Assembly (NCBI GenBank): GCA_015680685.1
Contig: MNCI01001921.1
Span: 200,662 to 264,661, forward strand
DNA from: Gnetum montanum
Taxonomy: Eukaryota; Plantae; Gnetophyta
DNA: 64,000 bases
Direction: 5' to 3'
Shown: piece after piece, positions 37,101 to 49,620 of the stretch
Position numbering within the stretch: position 1 is the first letter of the stretch
Layout of the letters: each line of letters starts with the position of its first letter
Program-made: the position numbers and the translations under genes
The notes under the pieces: model-generated
What the model was told of the DNA's origin: nothing
Database searches by the model: none
What the model saw: the letters and a program-made list of their open reading frames with translations, nothing else

Positions 37101-38227
37101 GGCCAAAATGTGCCAATAATTAGTAGTGAGGCTATTACTAAGACTCAACAATGAGTGACTTATTTAGGGTCATGAGGCTAATCAAATGGTAGTAGTGAGG
37201 TTATTCCAAGTGTTATTGGTGAGTACCTTTGGCAGTGAATGTAAACAAGACCTAGCCTTCAGAGATGCTTCATTAAAATATACACTTTTTGGATTGTTGT
37301 TGGATAAATTTGTGAGATCTTTGGTTCCTGTTAGTAGTGAGAATGACCAAAACAATATTTTGGACTTTGGACTTCTTTTTGATTTTTGTATTTCTTTTGG
37401 ATATTTCAATTTCCTTTGCATTTTGAAAATTTTTTTGGCTATTAGTGACTTTAAAAAAATGTTTTGAATGTTTTATTGAAACCTTTGTCTAGCCCATATC
37501 TTATGACTACTAGTCCAAAACCTTTATGATCAAAGAAGATGGAAATATATTAACTTTTCTTATTTGAGGGGTTCTAACTCCTCTTCCATTTCAATGTAGA
37601 ATGCCTAGAGTAAATTTTAATATTATTTATTTTATATTAACATTCTATTATTTAATTTAGTAAATTTTAAATGTAAATAACTTTACTTCTAAATGTCCTA
37701 TTGAGGCAAAACTAGTGTCGTTGGGATCATTATTTAACACATCATTTTATGATACAATTAGTGGAATTTTTAGACAACTACCTTTTTTTAGTTGCATAGA
37801 AATCCATTTTTCATTAAATAAATTTTTTTACTTATAGGAGAAAGTATTATAAAATTTTGCCACACTATATTGCTTTACTATATTTATGCTTCCAAACAAT
37901 AATTTTTAACTATTTTGCCACTTCCTTTTGAGTTAGTAAATAAAGGTTAAATCCAAATCCTTAGGGTGTTGTAACATCTCTATATGAGTTATTTAAAGGA
38001 TATATTTTTTAGATAATTAATATGGGTGTTACATTATCCATCATAATTGATCTAACACCAAGATTCTAAATTATTGTTATTAGTCCACTTCTTAAAATAT
38101 GATTCAATCTTTGAGTGTAGAAACAGGAACAGCGATGAGTGCAGAAACAGTAACGGCGGCAGAGGCGGAGGCAGCGACTGTAGGAGAGGAGGCAGGAACA
38201 GAGGCAGGGGTGAAGGCAGGCCTGAAA

Positions 38228-39387
38228 ATGGCAGACGCCGGCGGGGTGAGGTAGACGGAGGGAGACTTAGGGTAATGCTGCAGAGACGGAGCAACGTTGA
38301 GGATTAAAGTTTGTAGCCCAGACGCTGACACACTCGCAAGATTGGAACGCAGCCTGATCGGCAAATTCGTGTCAGAAGGGGCACGACCTCGCATCGATCT
38401 GATCCGCCGCTGGGCCCGGAATACGTGGGGGTTAGACTCAGTGACGGTTACCTCTCTGGCAGACGACCGCCTCCTTTTTTGTTTCGCATCTATGGAGGAG
38501 TGTGAACAAATCCTGGTGGGGGGTCCTTGGTTCTACGGGGCGCACAGTCTGGCGCTGGCGGCCTGGCGCCCGGGAGCTCGTAGGGACCTGGGCCTGTTTG
38601 AGCGTGCCCCGGTTTCATTTCGGCTGTATGGCCTTCCTCTCGAATACTGGTCGCTGGTGTTCCTGCAGTCACTGGCTGATCAGTTCAGCGAGTTCATTAA
38701 GTTTGATCACTCCACAGCCGTTATGGATCATCTGGGGTTCGCGCGGTTCTGCGTCTGGTGACCTCTCCTAATGAAGGAGCTGGTTCTTGTCACGGATCAC
38801 GCCGAAGAGTGGATCAGCATTCTGGCTGAAAACTAGCTATTGTCCTAGGGCCTACAGAGGGATGCATGGGCTGGGGGTGACCTGGGCCACCCAAACGGCC
38901 ACACGGTCACTCCAGACGACGGGTGGAGATTGGTTAGCAAGAAGGGCCGTGTTGTCAACAGGAAACCGTTGGCTCCCAGAAAGGGGGCTCAATGCCCGAG
39001 GAAGGGACCCTCTGTGAAGGGAAAGGTCTCAAAGGCTGCGCCCAGCGGGGGGCCACTTCCTGGGCCTGGGGGGCTGAAGCAAATGTTGAAGGACGTTCCC
39101 CATGTGGGGCTGGCAGAGACGATAAGGTGGCCGAGCCAGGAAATTCCTATATGCACGCTCTGGTTGGGGAGGCTCTGCAATCCGTGGATGGCCAAACAAC
39201 ACACATGCAGAAAGAGACAGAACCATGGAAAGGACCCCATGGAATGCCCAGCACACCCAGGTTGGAAGGGGCAGGCCCTTCCCACGGTGGACTGTCTCCG
39301 CCACCGGTCACAGACTGGATAAATACCAGTCGGGGTTCGACATGGCCTAGCTCCCCTCCCGCTGCGAAGGGGAGCCTGCGCAAATAG
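38228..39387 (+). pseudogene. L1 ORF1 (DUF4283 RRM-like domain), disrupted
   Basis: ERSLIGKF...ILVGGPWFYGAHSLAL..W.P...RLYGLPLEYWS...FARFCV. ATG at 38228 is in frame; several stops and an apparent frameshift. Confidence 0.88.
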
Positions 39388-39524
39388 GGAATGATGGTGG
39401 TCCCTTTCTCAGTAAAGATTGGATGCCCCGACTCCCACGCCCGTAGACATAAGGCCACACAGCTCTTCGTTGATCTGGGCATCCAGCCCACACTCCAGGA
39501 GGTCTACCAGCACTCCATTTCTCC

Positions 39525-42500
39525 ATGAGAGTACTCTCCTGGAACTACAGGGGCCAGGGTACCCCGTACAAAAGACATACCCTGCGTTGTTTAGTGCGAG
39601 ATGAGAAATGTGACATTATTTTCCTGCAGGAAACAAAACTCCAGCAGAAGGAGGCTCAGGCGCTCCTTTGGCCCGGATGGCACAGTCACCTGGCGCCCAG
39701 CAAGGGACGTGCGGGCGGCCTCGCGATCCTCACCCAGATGGACTCATACGTGCTGGATTTGTCTGATTGGTGCATTACGGTGCACCTGCCTGGTCCAGAC
39801 ATGTGGGTGACAAATGTGTATGGCGCGCAGGAGTGGCAGGCACGCCTCCAAGAGCTCTCGTGGGTCACAGGGCTAGTTGCCAAAAAGGCCAGCTAGTTGT
39901 TGATCGACGATTTTAACCAGCGGCTTTTCAGCTGGGAGAAGACCGGTGATAATCTGGCGGAGCCTCCTAGGGCAACCAAAATGCTCGCATTGCTGCAGTA
40001 GTCTGGCTTGACGGACATGGAAATCGCTGGTTGCAAGTACACTTGGAGCAACCGTAGGCAGGGTGTCGCGAAGGTCCAGTCCCGTATTGATCGGGTGTGG
40101 GCCANTAGGCAGGGTGTCGCGAAGGTCCAGTCCCGTATTGATCGGGTGTGGGCCAGCTGGAAGCTTCTGAATGATTGGGGCATCCACATCTATGGGGGTG
40201 CTGGCATGGCCTCAGACCACCGGCCCATCTTCTGCCAGCTGGAGAGGGGTGACTTCCAGCGGTCCCGTCCCTTCCGTTTCGAACACACCTGGATCCGAAA
40301 GTCGTGGCTTGGAGAAATGATGCTGGACATATGGCGAAACTACAACGCCTCGGTGGACCCACGCAATTTCCTGAAGGATTGGTTGAAGACCCTGAAATGC
40401 AAAATTAAAAATATCAGGCCTACACAGAAATATAGTTTCAGAACCTGTCGCAGCTAGATCCACGATAAACTGTAGGATATTCAGGTGCTGCAGGAGCACT
40501 AGGAGCACGGGATAGACCACGCTGGGGAGGAACTCGCCTTGCAGGCCGAGCTACAGCTTCTGCAGCATGAGGAAGAGGAGTACTGGCACCAATGGGGCCT
40601 TGTGCAGTGGCTCAAGGCGGGGGATTGGCATACAAAATTCTTCTTTTCTGCGGTGAATGAGCACCGCGGCGCCCGCCATGGTCCGCTGGAATGCCTTATG
40701 CAGGGCGATCTGCACTTGGGCACCGATAGCATCCTGAATTACTGGTAGCAGGTCTGGGAGTGGCAGCCAATGTAACCAATTTCGGTGCCGGTGGAAAAAA
40801 TCCTAGAACCGGCGGATAATTTCAATGCGCTCCAGAACATGCCGGCAGACAAGGCGCCGAGTCCAGATGGCTAGCCCATTAAACTATTCTGGGATTTCAA
40901 GGATGTCCTCGGGACTAACCTGCTTGATGCCTTCAACCACATGCTGGCGTGGCAACAGGTGCGCAAAGAGATTAACTGCTCTCGCGTGGTTTTGCTGCCA
41001 AAAATGGAAAATCCCACCTCCCTTGGCCATTTTCGCCCCATCAGTGTCTCTAACTGCCTGCTGCGGCTGTTTTCTCGCCTGCTCATGGCCAGGCTGCGTC
41101 CGCTTATGACGTGCCTCGTGGGTAAACACCAGGCTGCCTTTATGAAAGGGCGTCATCTTCAAGACTAGATTTTACTGCTCCAAGAAATTCAGCACTCCCT
41201 ACGAGTGGCCAGATTACCGGGCCTCTACATCAAGTTGGACATCGCAAAGGCCTATGATTCCGTCAGTTGGGCTGCCTTGCAATCTGTGCTACACGCTAAA
41301 GGCTTTGTCAAAGCCTTTTTTGACCTCTGCCTGTAGATCCAGCAAGGAGGGCGGTACTCTCTGGACATTGATGGATAGTTATGGGGCTTCCACCGGACTG
41401 GGTGCGAGCTTCGTCAGGGAGACCCTCTCTCGCCTCTGCTCTTTTGGATGCTGATGGACCTCCTGCAAACGTACTGTACGGAGGAAGGGGTCCTGGGGTT
41501 AAACGTGCATGGCATCCCATGCCTCACCACCCATTTCACTGATGACACAATGATTTACACCAGGGCAGCGGTTCCGCAGGCCAAGAAGATCCTGAAGGCA
41601 TTGGATCAGATGCGCCGAGAGGTGGGCCTGGCACCAAAACCCAGGAAAGCGGCCCTTTATTTTAACCACATGCATCTTTCGGTCTGCAGCAAGGTCATCC
41701 AAATCCTTGGAATTCTCCCAGGGGGGGCGGTTGACAAATATCTGGGCATTCCAATGCACAACTGGCATAGACAGCAAACCTGGCAACCGCTTATTGAGAG
41801 AATCCAGAAACGCGTGGCTCGCTGGACGAACAATTTCCTGTCCCGCAAGGGTAAGATGGTGCTGGCGTCTGCGGTCTTAGGGGCCATGGTCAGGTTTGTT
41901 GCCTCCATGGCCTCCCTGCCCTTGGGTGTCACCACAAAGATTGACCAGATAATCTGCGATTTTGTTTGGTCTGGTGGCAAGGGGGGAAAGCAGATGCACC
42001 TGGTTGCTTGGAAGAAAATCGCTCAGCCCCGTTCCGCAGGGGGGATCGGCCTCCTTCCCTTCACCCTTGAGGTGTCTCTTGGGTGTCATAGACTCCTTCA
42101 GTGCCTATATACTGGTAACGAGGATCCCTCCCTTTGGGTGCAAATTATGAGGAAAAAATACAGGCCTTGGTCGTCGGTAAACTTTGATTCCCACGTTTGG
42201 CAGTAGTTCTGCGGGCATGCCAGATCGTTGGGCAGTGCTGAGCTGTTCTCTCTCCACCCGCGGCAGCTCCTGCAGAAGTGGTTTCCAGCCGATCCGCGCT
42301 GGATGAAACTATGGAGGGGCATCCTCCTGGAGAAAATAAAAGCCTTCGGGTGGCTGATCCTTCATCAGGCCCTCCCTATTTGCATCGCTCTGCAGTCTCG
42401 GGGACTGGATATCAATACCCAGTGCCCTCTATGTAACCAACAAGCAAAGACTTTGAAGCACTTCATGCACGATTGCCACGTGACCATGCAGTTGTGGCGA

Positions 42501-42902
42501 AATGTTGGACTCTGCACCCCTGAATTCTCCAGGAATTCGGCTATGTTGGCGGCCCTCTGGATCCTGTGGCGGGCTAGGAATGCTTGCATTTTCAAGGGAG
42601 CGTCTCTCCCTTCCATGAGCGTCCTCTCAAACAGGATCGGCAAGTTTTGGCAGGAAATCACCTCCGTTATGGCGCCGCTTCAAATGCAAACTCAGCGGAT
42701 TTTTGAGAGATTGGGTTATAGGACCATCCCCCGCGTCGTGAACCAGAGCCTGGTGCCCCAGGGGAAAAACCTGGAGGAGGAGAGGCACAAGAAAAAAGGG
42801 GGGGGGCCACAGTCGTTCCAGGGGAGTAACGCCCGAACTTCCCTACGCAGGATTGGATGGAGAGCATCCCCAACAAGCGAAAGACTGGCATTGCCCAGAT
42901 AA
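39525..42902 (+). pseudogene. L1 ORF2 (APE endonuclease - RT - zf-RVT), single frame with 12 premature stops
   Basis: MRVLSWNYRG, IFLQETK, DDFN, SRIDRVW, SDHRP; KAPSPDG, FRPIS, KLDIAKAYDSV, RQGDPLSP, FTDD, KYLGIP; CPLCNQQAKTLKHFMHDC, LWILWRARN. Confidence 0.93.
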
Positions 42903-43296
42903 TCAAAGAAAATCGGCGTTGCCATGCCGCCGGACCCGACCACCCCAATACCAGCAGCTGTAACTAATTCTCTAGGTCGGTGGCAGTCATAGGGTGTCCT
43001 GATGATGGGGAGGACATCCGATTGAGGGATTGGTTGTTTTACTGATGGTTTTGGCTAGCCGTTCGCCGGCTGGTAGACCTACGGTGGGGTGGCCCTGGGC
43101 ATGTTTTTGGTGGTTTTCCTTGCCGGCGTGGGGCCAGCAGCCTTGGCCCATGTTGTACATATGTATAGCATCTTTTTTAGAAATTATTCATCTCGACCTT
43201 TTTCAAAAAATAGTATTCTTGTCAAGTGAAGAAAAATTTTCCTTACAAGTTTTCTATTTAAATCGTTAAATACTTCCTCTTGAAAAAAATTCACAA

Positions 43297-45423
43297 AATT
43301 TTTTCTGCTGTAAGAAATTTAGCACTCCCTTCAGGCCACGAAACTACCAAGCCTCTACATCAAGCTAGACATAACCAAGGCTTACGATTCCGTGAGTTGG
43401 GCCACCCTGAGGACTGTGCTACACGCAAAAGGCTTCGACAGGGCTTTCGTGGAGCTCTATCTACAGATTCAATGGGGTGGGCAGTACTCATTGGATATTG
43501 ACGGGCACCTATGGGGCTTTCATGGAACCTGCCGCAGGCTCATCAAGGCGACCCCCTTTCTCCATTCCTTTTCTTGATGATGATGGACCTCCTGCAAACT
43601 TACTGCATCGAAGAAGGGGTCCAGGGACTGAATATGCATGGCATCCCATGTCTCGCTACCCATTACGTGGATGACACCATGATCTTCAGAAGGGCCATCA
43701 TGTTGTAGGCCAGGGCGCTAATGAGGGTGCTAAATTGGCTGCAATGGGAAGTGGGACTGGCACCCAACCCAGGGAATCTACGTTATATTTCACACACACC
43801 CATCCTTCAGTACGCAGCAAGGTCATTCAAATCTTGGGGATTCTACCAGGAGAGGCGAAAGACAAATATCTGGGCATCCCCATCCATAACTAGCATAGAT
43901 GGCAAACCTGGCAAGCTCTCATCATGAGAATCCAGAAGTGCACGCCACATTTGACGAATAGCTTCTTGTTCCGCAAAGGGAAAATCATGTTTGAATCTAC
44001 TATGTTGGGGGCCATGGCATGGTTTGCTACCTCGATGGCCTCACCGTCCTTTGGCGTCGCCACAAAAATTGATGCGATTATATGCGATTTCGTGTGTTCA
44101 GGCGGAAAGGGGGGGAAAAAGATGCACCTGGTGGAATGGACCAAAATCACACAGGCTCATACCACAGGGGGGTTGGCATCCTCCCTTTCATGGTGGAAGC
44201 AGCCTTAGGAAAACAAATACTTCTCCAGCGACTCTCTACATCAAACATAGATCCCTCCCTCTGGGCAAAAATCATGCAGCAGAGATATAGACTGTAGGCA
44301 GTGACCAGAATCGACTCTCACATATGGGGGCATCTCTACACTCATGTTAGTTCGCTGGGCCATGAAGATGACATCATCCTGCATCCCCGAAAACTCCTCC
44401 AAAAATACTTCACAATCGATCCTAGTTGGATGCAGCTCTGGAAGGGCATTCTTCCAGAAAAAATCAAGACGTTTGGGTGGTTGATCCTCCACCAGGCCCT
44501 CCCCGTCTGGGCCTTCTTGTAGACATGTGGCCTTGCAATTAGTAACCATTTCTCGCTGTGTAATCAACACACAGAAACGCTTCAGCACTTCATGCATGAG
44601 TGCCACGTGACCAGGAAACTCTGGCAATTAGCAGGTCTTCCTTCCCCAGATTTCTCAGGTAATTTGCTGACCCTGGAGGCACTTTGGATCCTATGGTGAG
44701 CCACGAATGATTGCATCTTTAAAGGGGTGACCCTCCCTCCTACGATAGTACTGTTTGGTAGGGTCCAAAAACTCTAGCATGAAATCACCATGGCAATGGA
44801 TTTGCATGTCCACCATGAGCTTCAACCACTGACTCTTCCAAAGCCAAGGCACCAGCACAAGCGAAAGAGCTGGGTGTCCAGTGAGGGGGCCCCTACGGCC
44901 AGAAATAGTGCTGTGACCCCCCCCCCCCATCCATGAAAGGGACCACCCGAGACAGACCCTGGAGGAGGGGACATCAACGATAAAAGATGATACTACTGGC
45001 AACCAAGAGGGGAAACACCCAACATCCCCTACACAGTCGCCAATTCAGACTCTATTTTGGATTGAAGGAATCCTCAAGGACCATATGACGGGCATCGCAT
45101 AGTTCATTGAGGATAACCAACGTTGACTAGCAGCTGAGCCAGGGCAACTAGCATCCAAGATGCGCCTAGTCATAGAGAACCAACATTCCATTGCAATTCT
45201 CCTAGAAAGTAGCCAGGGAGGAGGTGCCAGGCCTTAGGGACAGGGCGTAATTCGTAATTGCAGGGAAGGTCGTCTGCCTGTGGGGATGCCTGTGGTGTGA
45301 TGAGCCATGGGTATTACTAGGTGATTTTCTTGGCTGGAGTGGGGCCAACGACACTGGCCTGTGCTGTATAGATGTATAGCTCTCCTTTTTTTGGAATATA
45401 ATTTGCTCGATCCTTTCTGAAAA
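43297..45423 (+). mobile_element. 5'-truncated older copy of the same L1 family (RT to 3' UTR)
   Basis: Aligns with ~41170-43210 (AAGAAATTTAGCACTCCCT, QGDPLSPFLF, HYVDD, LWKGILPEKIKTFGWLILHQALP, shared 3' UTR); frameshifted. Confidence 0.9.
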
Positions 45424-45559
45424 TTTGGAAATAGGATTCATACCTAGAGGAGTCTACAATTACTTGATGATAGATCCATTTACCTTTTAAAAAAGAAAAC
45501 AAATCCTCCTTAAAATATATTGAAATATTAAATTTTTTTGTAAGTGATAAAACATTTTC

Positions 45560-46080
45560 TCTAAATTTTGTATTAAATAAATACAATGATGTCTCTTCTT
45601 GTACACAATTAGTACAGTAAAAGTAATGTTTAATTTTCATCTTCATAGGTCCCATTGTAAAACATGCATTTCCAAAAACTCTAATCAAATAGTTCTTGTT
45701 CTACTATTTTATGGCAAGACAATAATGAAAATAGCTTGTATAGTTTCTCATAATAATCAACAAGAATTCCATGTGTAACAATGTTTTCATAATCTTGCAT
45801 TCAATGTTTTCCACATCTAGCCATTCTTTATTTGAGAATCGTCTTATTATTTTAGGTACTAGATTTTAATATTTGACTTATCTATTAATAGAATAACTAA
45901 TAGTGTAAAAAATTTGCAAATGAAAATAAAATGATATCCCTCATCACTAAATGTTATTCCTGATTATTTGGCCAAAGTATTAATATATTTTTATTATAGT
46001 TATTGGATTACAACCAATCAAAAGGCATGGGATGATGTACTCAAAATTTACATACTCTTGGAGACTATGTAGTGGAAAAT
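45560..46080 (-). mobile_element. Possible C-terminal remnant of an RTEX/L2-like LINE
   Basis: Minus strand gives KCMFYNGTYEDE then, after a frameshift, HYFYC, resembling the C..C...EDE.H...C terminal motif. Weak. Confidence 0.3.
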
Positions 46081-46514
46081 TATTTAGATCTTAATAATAT
46101 TTCATGTAATGTAACAAGATACTATACANGATCTTAATAATATTTCATGTAATGTAACAAGATACTATACATATTAAAAAATGATTGATTTATTTATATC
46201 AGCTAGGGAGGAATGCAAAGCTCTATCATATGATTAACTTCGAAGTTCCTTGTTCAATAGAAAAAAAAAAGTAATTGTGCTCTTTAGTTCAAATTATAAT
46301 ATACATATTTATAATAAGTAATTTAAATTATGAAATACCTTCTAAATTTTAAAATAAGATATGTTAATTACTTTTTATAGAATATCAAGAACATCATTGA
46401 TATTAAAATAAAGAGTTGTAAAGATGTGGTGAGACTAGTATTTTCCTTAGAGGAAATGTTACTAGACATGTAAAAACTTTTAAATTAATGTATGATTTGG
46501 TTTTAAAATTCATT

Positions 46515-47795
46515 CATTAAGTTGGAAAAGAATGTATTATATAGACGATATTTTGGTGCATGTTTTATTTCTACAATGCAAGAAAGGAAATAAATTAAAA
46601 AGAACACAAATAAGATTTATTACAATAAATTATCATTAGGCTACAATATTATTAGCTAGTATGCAATTATGGGGTAGTGAAATACTAAATATTTTGATTT
46701 ATAATTCTTATATAGTTAGCAAAATAACATTCAGAAATAATACCATTATTTAAGATACAATTAGAGAATAGTCAATAAAATACTAAATATTTTGATTGAT
46801 ACTTTTATTGCTTTCTTTTGCTCCTTTTTTATTGGAAGGCATGCTTGTAGGACACTAAAAATGATACAAAAAATTACAGGATAGCTTTAAAACTATGCAC
46901 TATATTTTAATGTGTATTGAATATATTTCCATGTATGAAAAAATTCTTTTAATCTTCATGGAAGGACCATCAACATACATGATATAAGTAAACCAATGAA
47001 ATTCATACAAGCATTAATATTATTGTATATATGGTATCTTAGAAATAAGTATGACATAGGTTGCTAAACAATTAGTAAGCATAGGTTATTAAGCATCATT
47101 ACATTATAGCATAAAAATGACATAACAATGAGGTGTTAGCCTAGTGGTATAGGTCTTGGCCTAATAATCCTAGGTCACAAATTTGATTCTACTAGGTAGC
47201 ACTAAGTTATAAAATTTTATAAATCTTGAGGTATACTTGTGTTTCAATTATTTCAAGTTCCAACATTCTAACATAAGAATGAAAAATACTATTAGGTAAT
47301 TAGTAACCAATGAAAATAAAAGCCATATAGTAGGCATCCAAAACAAATTAAAGGATAACTATGGTAGAGATTCATAAGTTAATGCATACCTACAATAAGG
47401 AATAATAAAATTAGGAATGTATACATCATAAGATCAAATGAGCTCTATCAAACACATACCTTAATAATTTCTTTAATAATATGTTAAATCTTTTCATACT
47501 TCATAAGAATAATATTAGAAAAAATAGTCCCTTTAGATGAAATACTGTATTTTTCATAATTAGGAGATGCCTATCCAAAAAATTAAATGCACAATTTAAG
47601 TGATATCTTATACCCATTCTAAGTAAATGAATAATATTTAAAGGCCATAATTGTTTTCAAGCATGCTTTGCAAGATAATGATATTAGATGCAAATCATTT
47701 TTATGCTAGTCTTGTTAATTATTTTTCTTTATTACATGGTAGAAATAAAGCATGCACCAAAATATAAATATATATGAACTTTTCCACTTTATTAT
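46515..47795. repeat. Diverged ~160-bp inverted repeats (46515-46680 and 47630-47795)
   Basis: ATATTTTGGTGCATGTTTTATTTCTACAATG at ~46548 versus CATGGTAGAAATAAAGCATGCACCAAAATAT at ~47735; similarity extends on both sides. Confidence 0.7.
47133..47275 (+). mobile_element. tRNA-derived SINE, copy 2
   Basis: GTGTTAGCCTAGTGG (A box) and TAGGTCACAAATTTGATTC (decayed B box); 3' body matches copy 1. Confidence 0.75.
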
Positions 47796-49603
47796 ATTTT
47801 TCCAAAATTTCCTTTATCTATAAAAATAGAAAAATACTACAGTATAAACAAATCATTCTATACTAATAAGTACTAATAATTAACAAGTAAATAAAACTAG
47901 ATGATTTAAATTAAAATCATTATATTTACACATGTTAGCCCTTCGATATCTTCAAGCAAAAAGATCCATGTATTTAGCATCACATGAAATCTATGAAATA
48001 AGATAAAAATATTGTTCAATTTTTACTACAATTTTGATACATGTAAAAGCATTACAATTATTAATTATACAATGTTTTCTTTTCCAACTTCTTCAATAAC
48101 TTCCAAAAGCAAATCATACATTATTTTAAAATTTTTTATGTGTCTAATAACATTTATGATTTTAAGGAAAAAATTAGTTCAAAAACCACCTAGAAAACTC
48201 ATGTTGTAACCTATAAGTCATCACCACCCAACTTGAGACAAGATTTTATTGTAAATGTAAGTTTTTTGGCCCATGAGTTGCAATCTTGCATACCTTAAAT
48301 TTTTAGGGCTGAAAATGCCTCATAAGGTGCTACTACCTCACCTACCAAGTGGAAAAAGTAATGTTATGTATATATATGGGCTTGGGAATGGTAAAAATAC
48401 CTTAGGAACCACCAAATTTAGGCATTTCATGGGGTTTTATGGGGGTAGAGTCTCAACTACGTTGGAGTCACCTACACCCAGCATTGGTGGTGTTGTATTT
48501 TTCATTTCTCGACAATTCCTACTATTTATGACAAAACCAAATGTAGATATTGCAAGTTTAGCATTGGTGGTGTTGGATTTTCAATTTTCTAGCAATTTTA
48601 AACAAAGTTGCTACAATTCCTAGTAGTTACAACATGGACAACGTAGTCATCTCAGATCTTTAGTAGTATTGACATGGCTATCATAGTCACCACATTTCCT
48701 AGCAAATTTCAACAATGCCAATGTAGCTCTCCAAGGCCAACATAGTTGAGGTGAAGCTAACATAGTCACAAAAATCCATTTATTATTTTTAGTATCTAGT
48801 GTGATTTTGATGATTCTTGGGTATCAAAACTTTCCATAAATGGTCAACTATGCTGGGAATTATGGCTTGCAACACCTAAAAAAAATATCAATCTATCAGC
48901 AATCATGGTAGAAATTTGAAGCACAAATTCAACAATTTTAAACCCTATAAAAGCCAAACTTAAACACTTCATTTTGGTTCTAGAACATTTTTTGCAACCA
49001 TAAGACTGTAGCAACCTTGAATACTGAAAAACCCCATTTTTAGCACTAACAAGACTTTTGGAGTAATTTTGCATCTACCTTAGCACTAGAGAATCTTGGC
49101 AGAGTCCTATTATCACAAAATTTAGATACCATTATTCACACCATTTACATACAAAAGTTGTAGATTTAGGAAAAAATCCACAAGAGGCTTTTGACAAGTG
49201 TAGTTAGGGAGTACTTGGATCATGGACTTTGACTATAGAACATAATGTACTAGCTTCAACAAGCTTCAAGCTTTGTTCAAACAACCTTCTTGTGCACTTA
49301 AGCAAATAGTTTTTACTCCTTGAACTCTATTCTTTGAGCATTTTTGCACTTTTAATAAATTTTGTTAGCTCATTTATAGTGTAGATTTTATTCCAAGTTT
49401 AATTCATTGATTATTTTCCATCGAATTTTTAGTTTTATTTTACCTTTTCTACTTACATTTTATAAGTCTTTGGATGATTAGCTAGACCATCCAAGGTACC
49501 TTGGATCCTATTTGTCAAAGGCCCTTGGGATCTATGGTTGGGTTGTTTCACCTAGAATTTTTCATTTTTCTAACAATCAAATTTTTTAGACATAACAATT
49601 TTT

Positions 49604-49620
49604 TGGTGCTAGAAGGAGGG
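49604..49620 (+). promoter_or_regulatory. Primer binding site, tRNA-Asn type
   Basis: TGGTGCTAGAAGGAGGG, one transition from TGGCGCTAGAAGGAGGG, the complement of the plant tRNA-Asn 3' end as I recall it; follows ...ACA. Confidence 0.75.

Larger units (their letters stand above)
38111..43210 (+). mobile_element. Near full-length GC-rich L1 LINE (copy 1)
   Basis: Purine-rich 5' UTR, ORF1, ORF2, 3' UTR ending CCTTTTTCAAAAAA; sharp GC boundaries. Confidence 0.93.

Noticed and set aside
37118-37345. Three AGTAGTGAG motifs
   Set aside because: Too short and irregular; probably decayed TE-internal repeats.
40055-40155. Exact 50-bp tandem duplication in L1 ORF2 around N40105
   Set aside because: Identical copies on either side of a single N indicate an unmerged contig overlap.
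39525-42902. TAG reassignment, readthrough or U-to-C editing making ORF2 functional
   Set aside because: Conserved motifs also carry G>A changes (GDFN>DDFN, FADD>FTDD, APGPDG>APSPDG) and the sister copy has CAG at one checked site; mutation explains the stops.
38052-45002. Numerous overlapping alternative-frame ORFs
   Set aside because: By-products of GC-rich L1 coding sequence.
47133-47205. Functional tRNA gene (also 21260-21335)
   Set aside because: Stems are broken, the B box is decayed and both copies share a non-tRNA tail, which fits a SINE.
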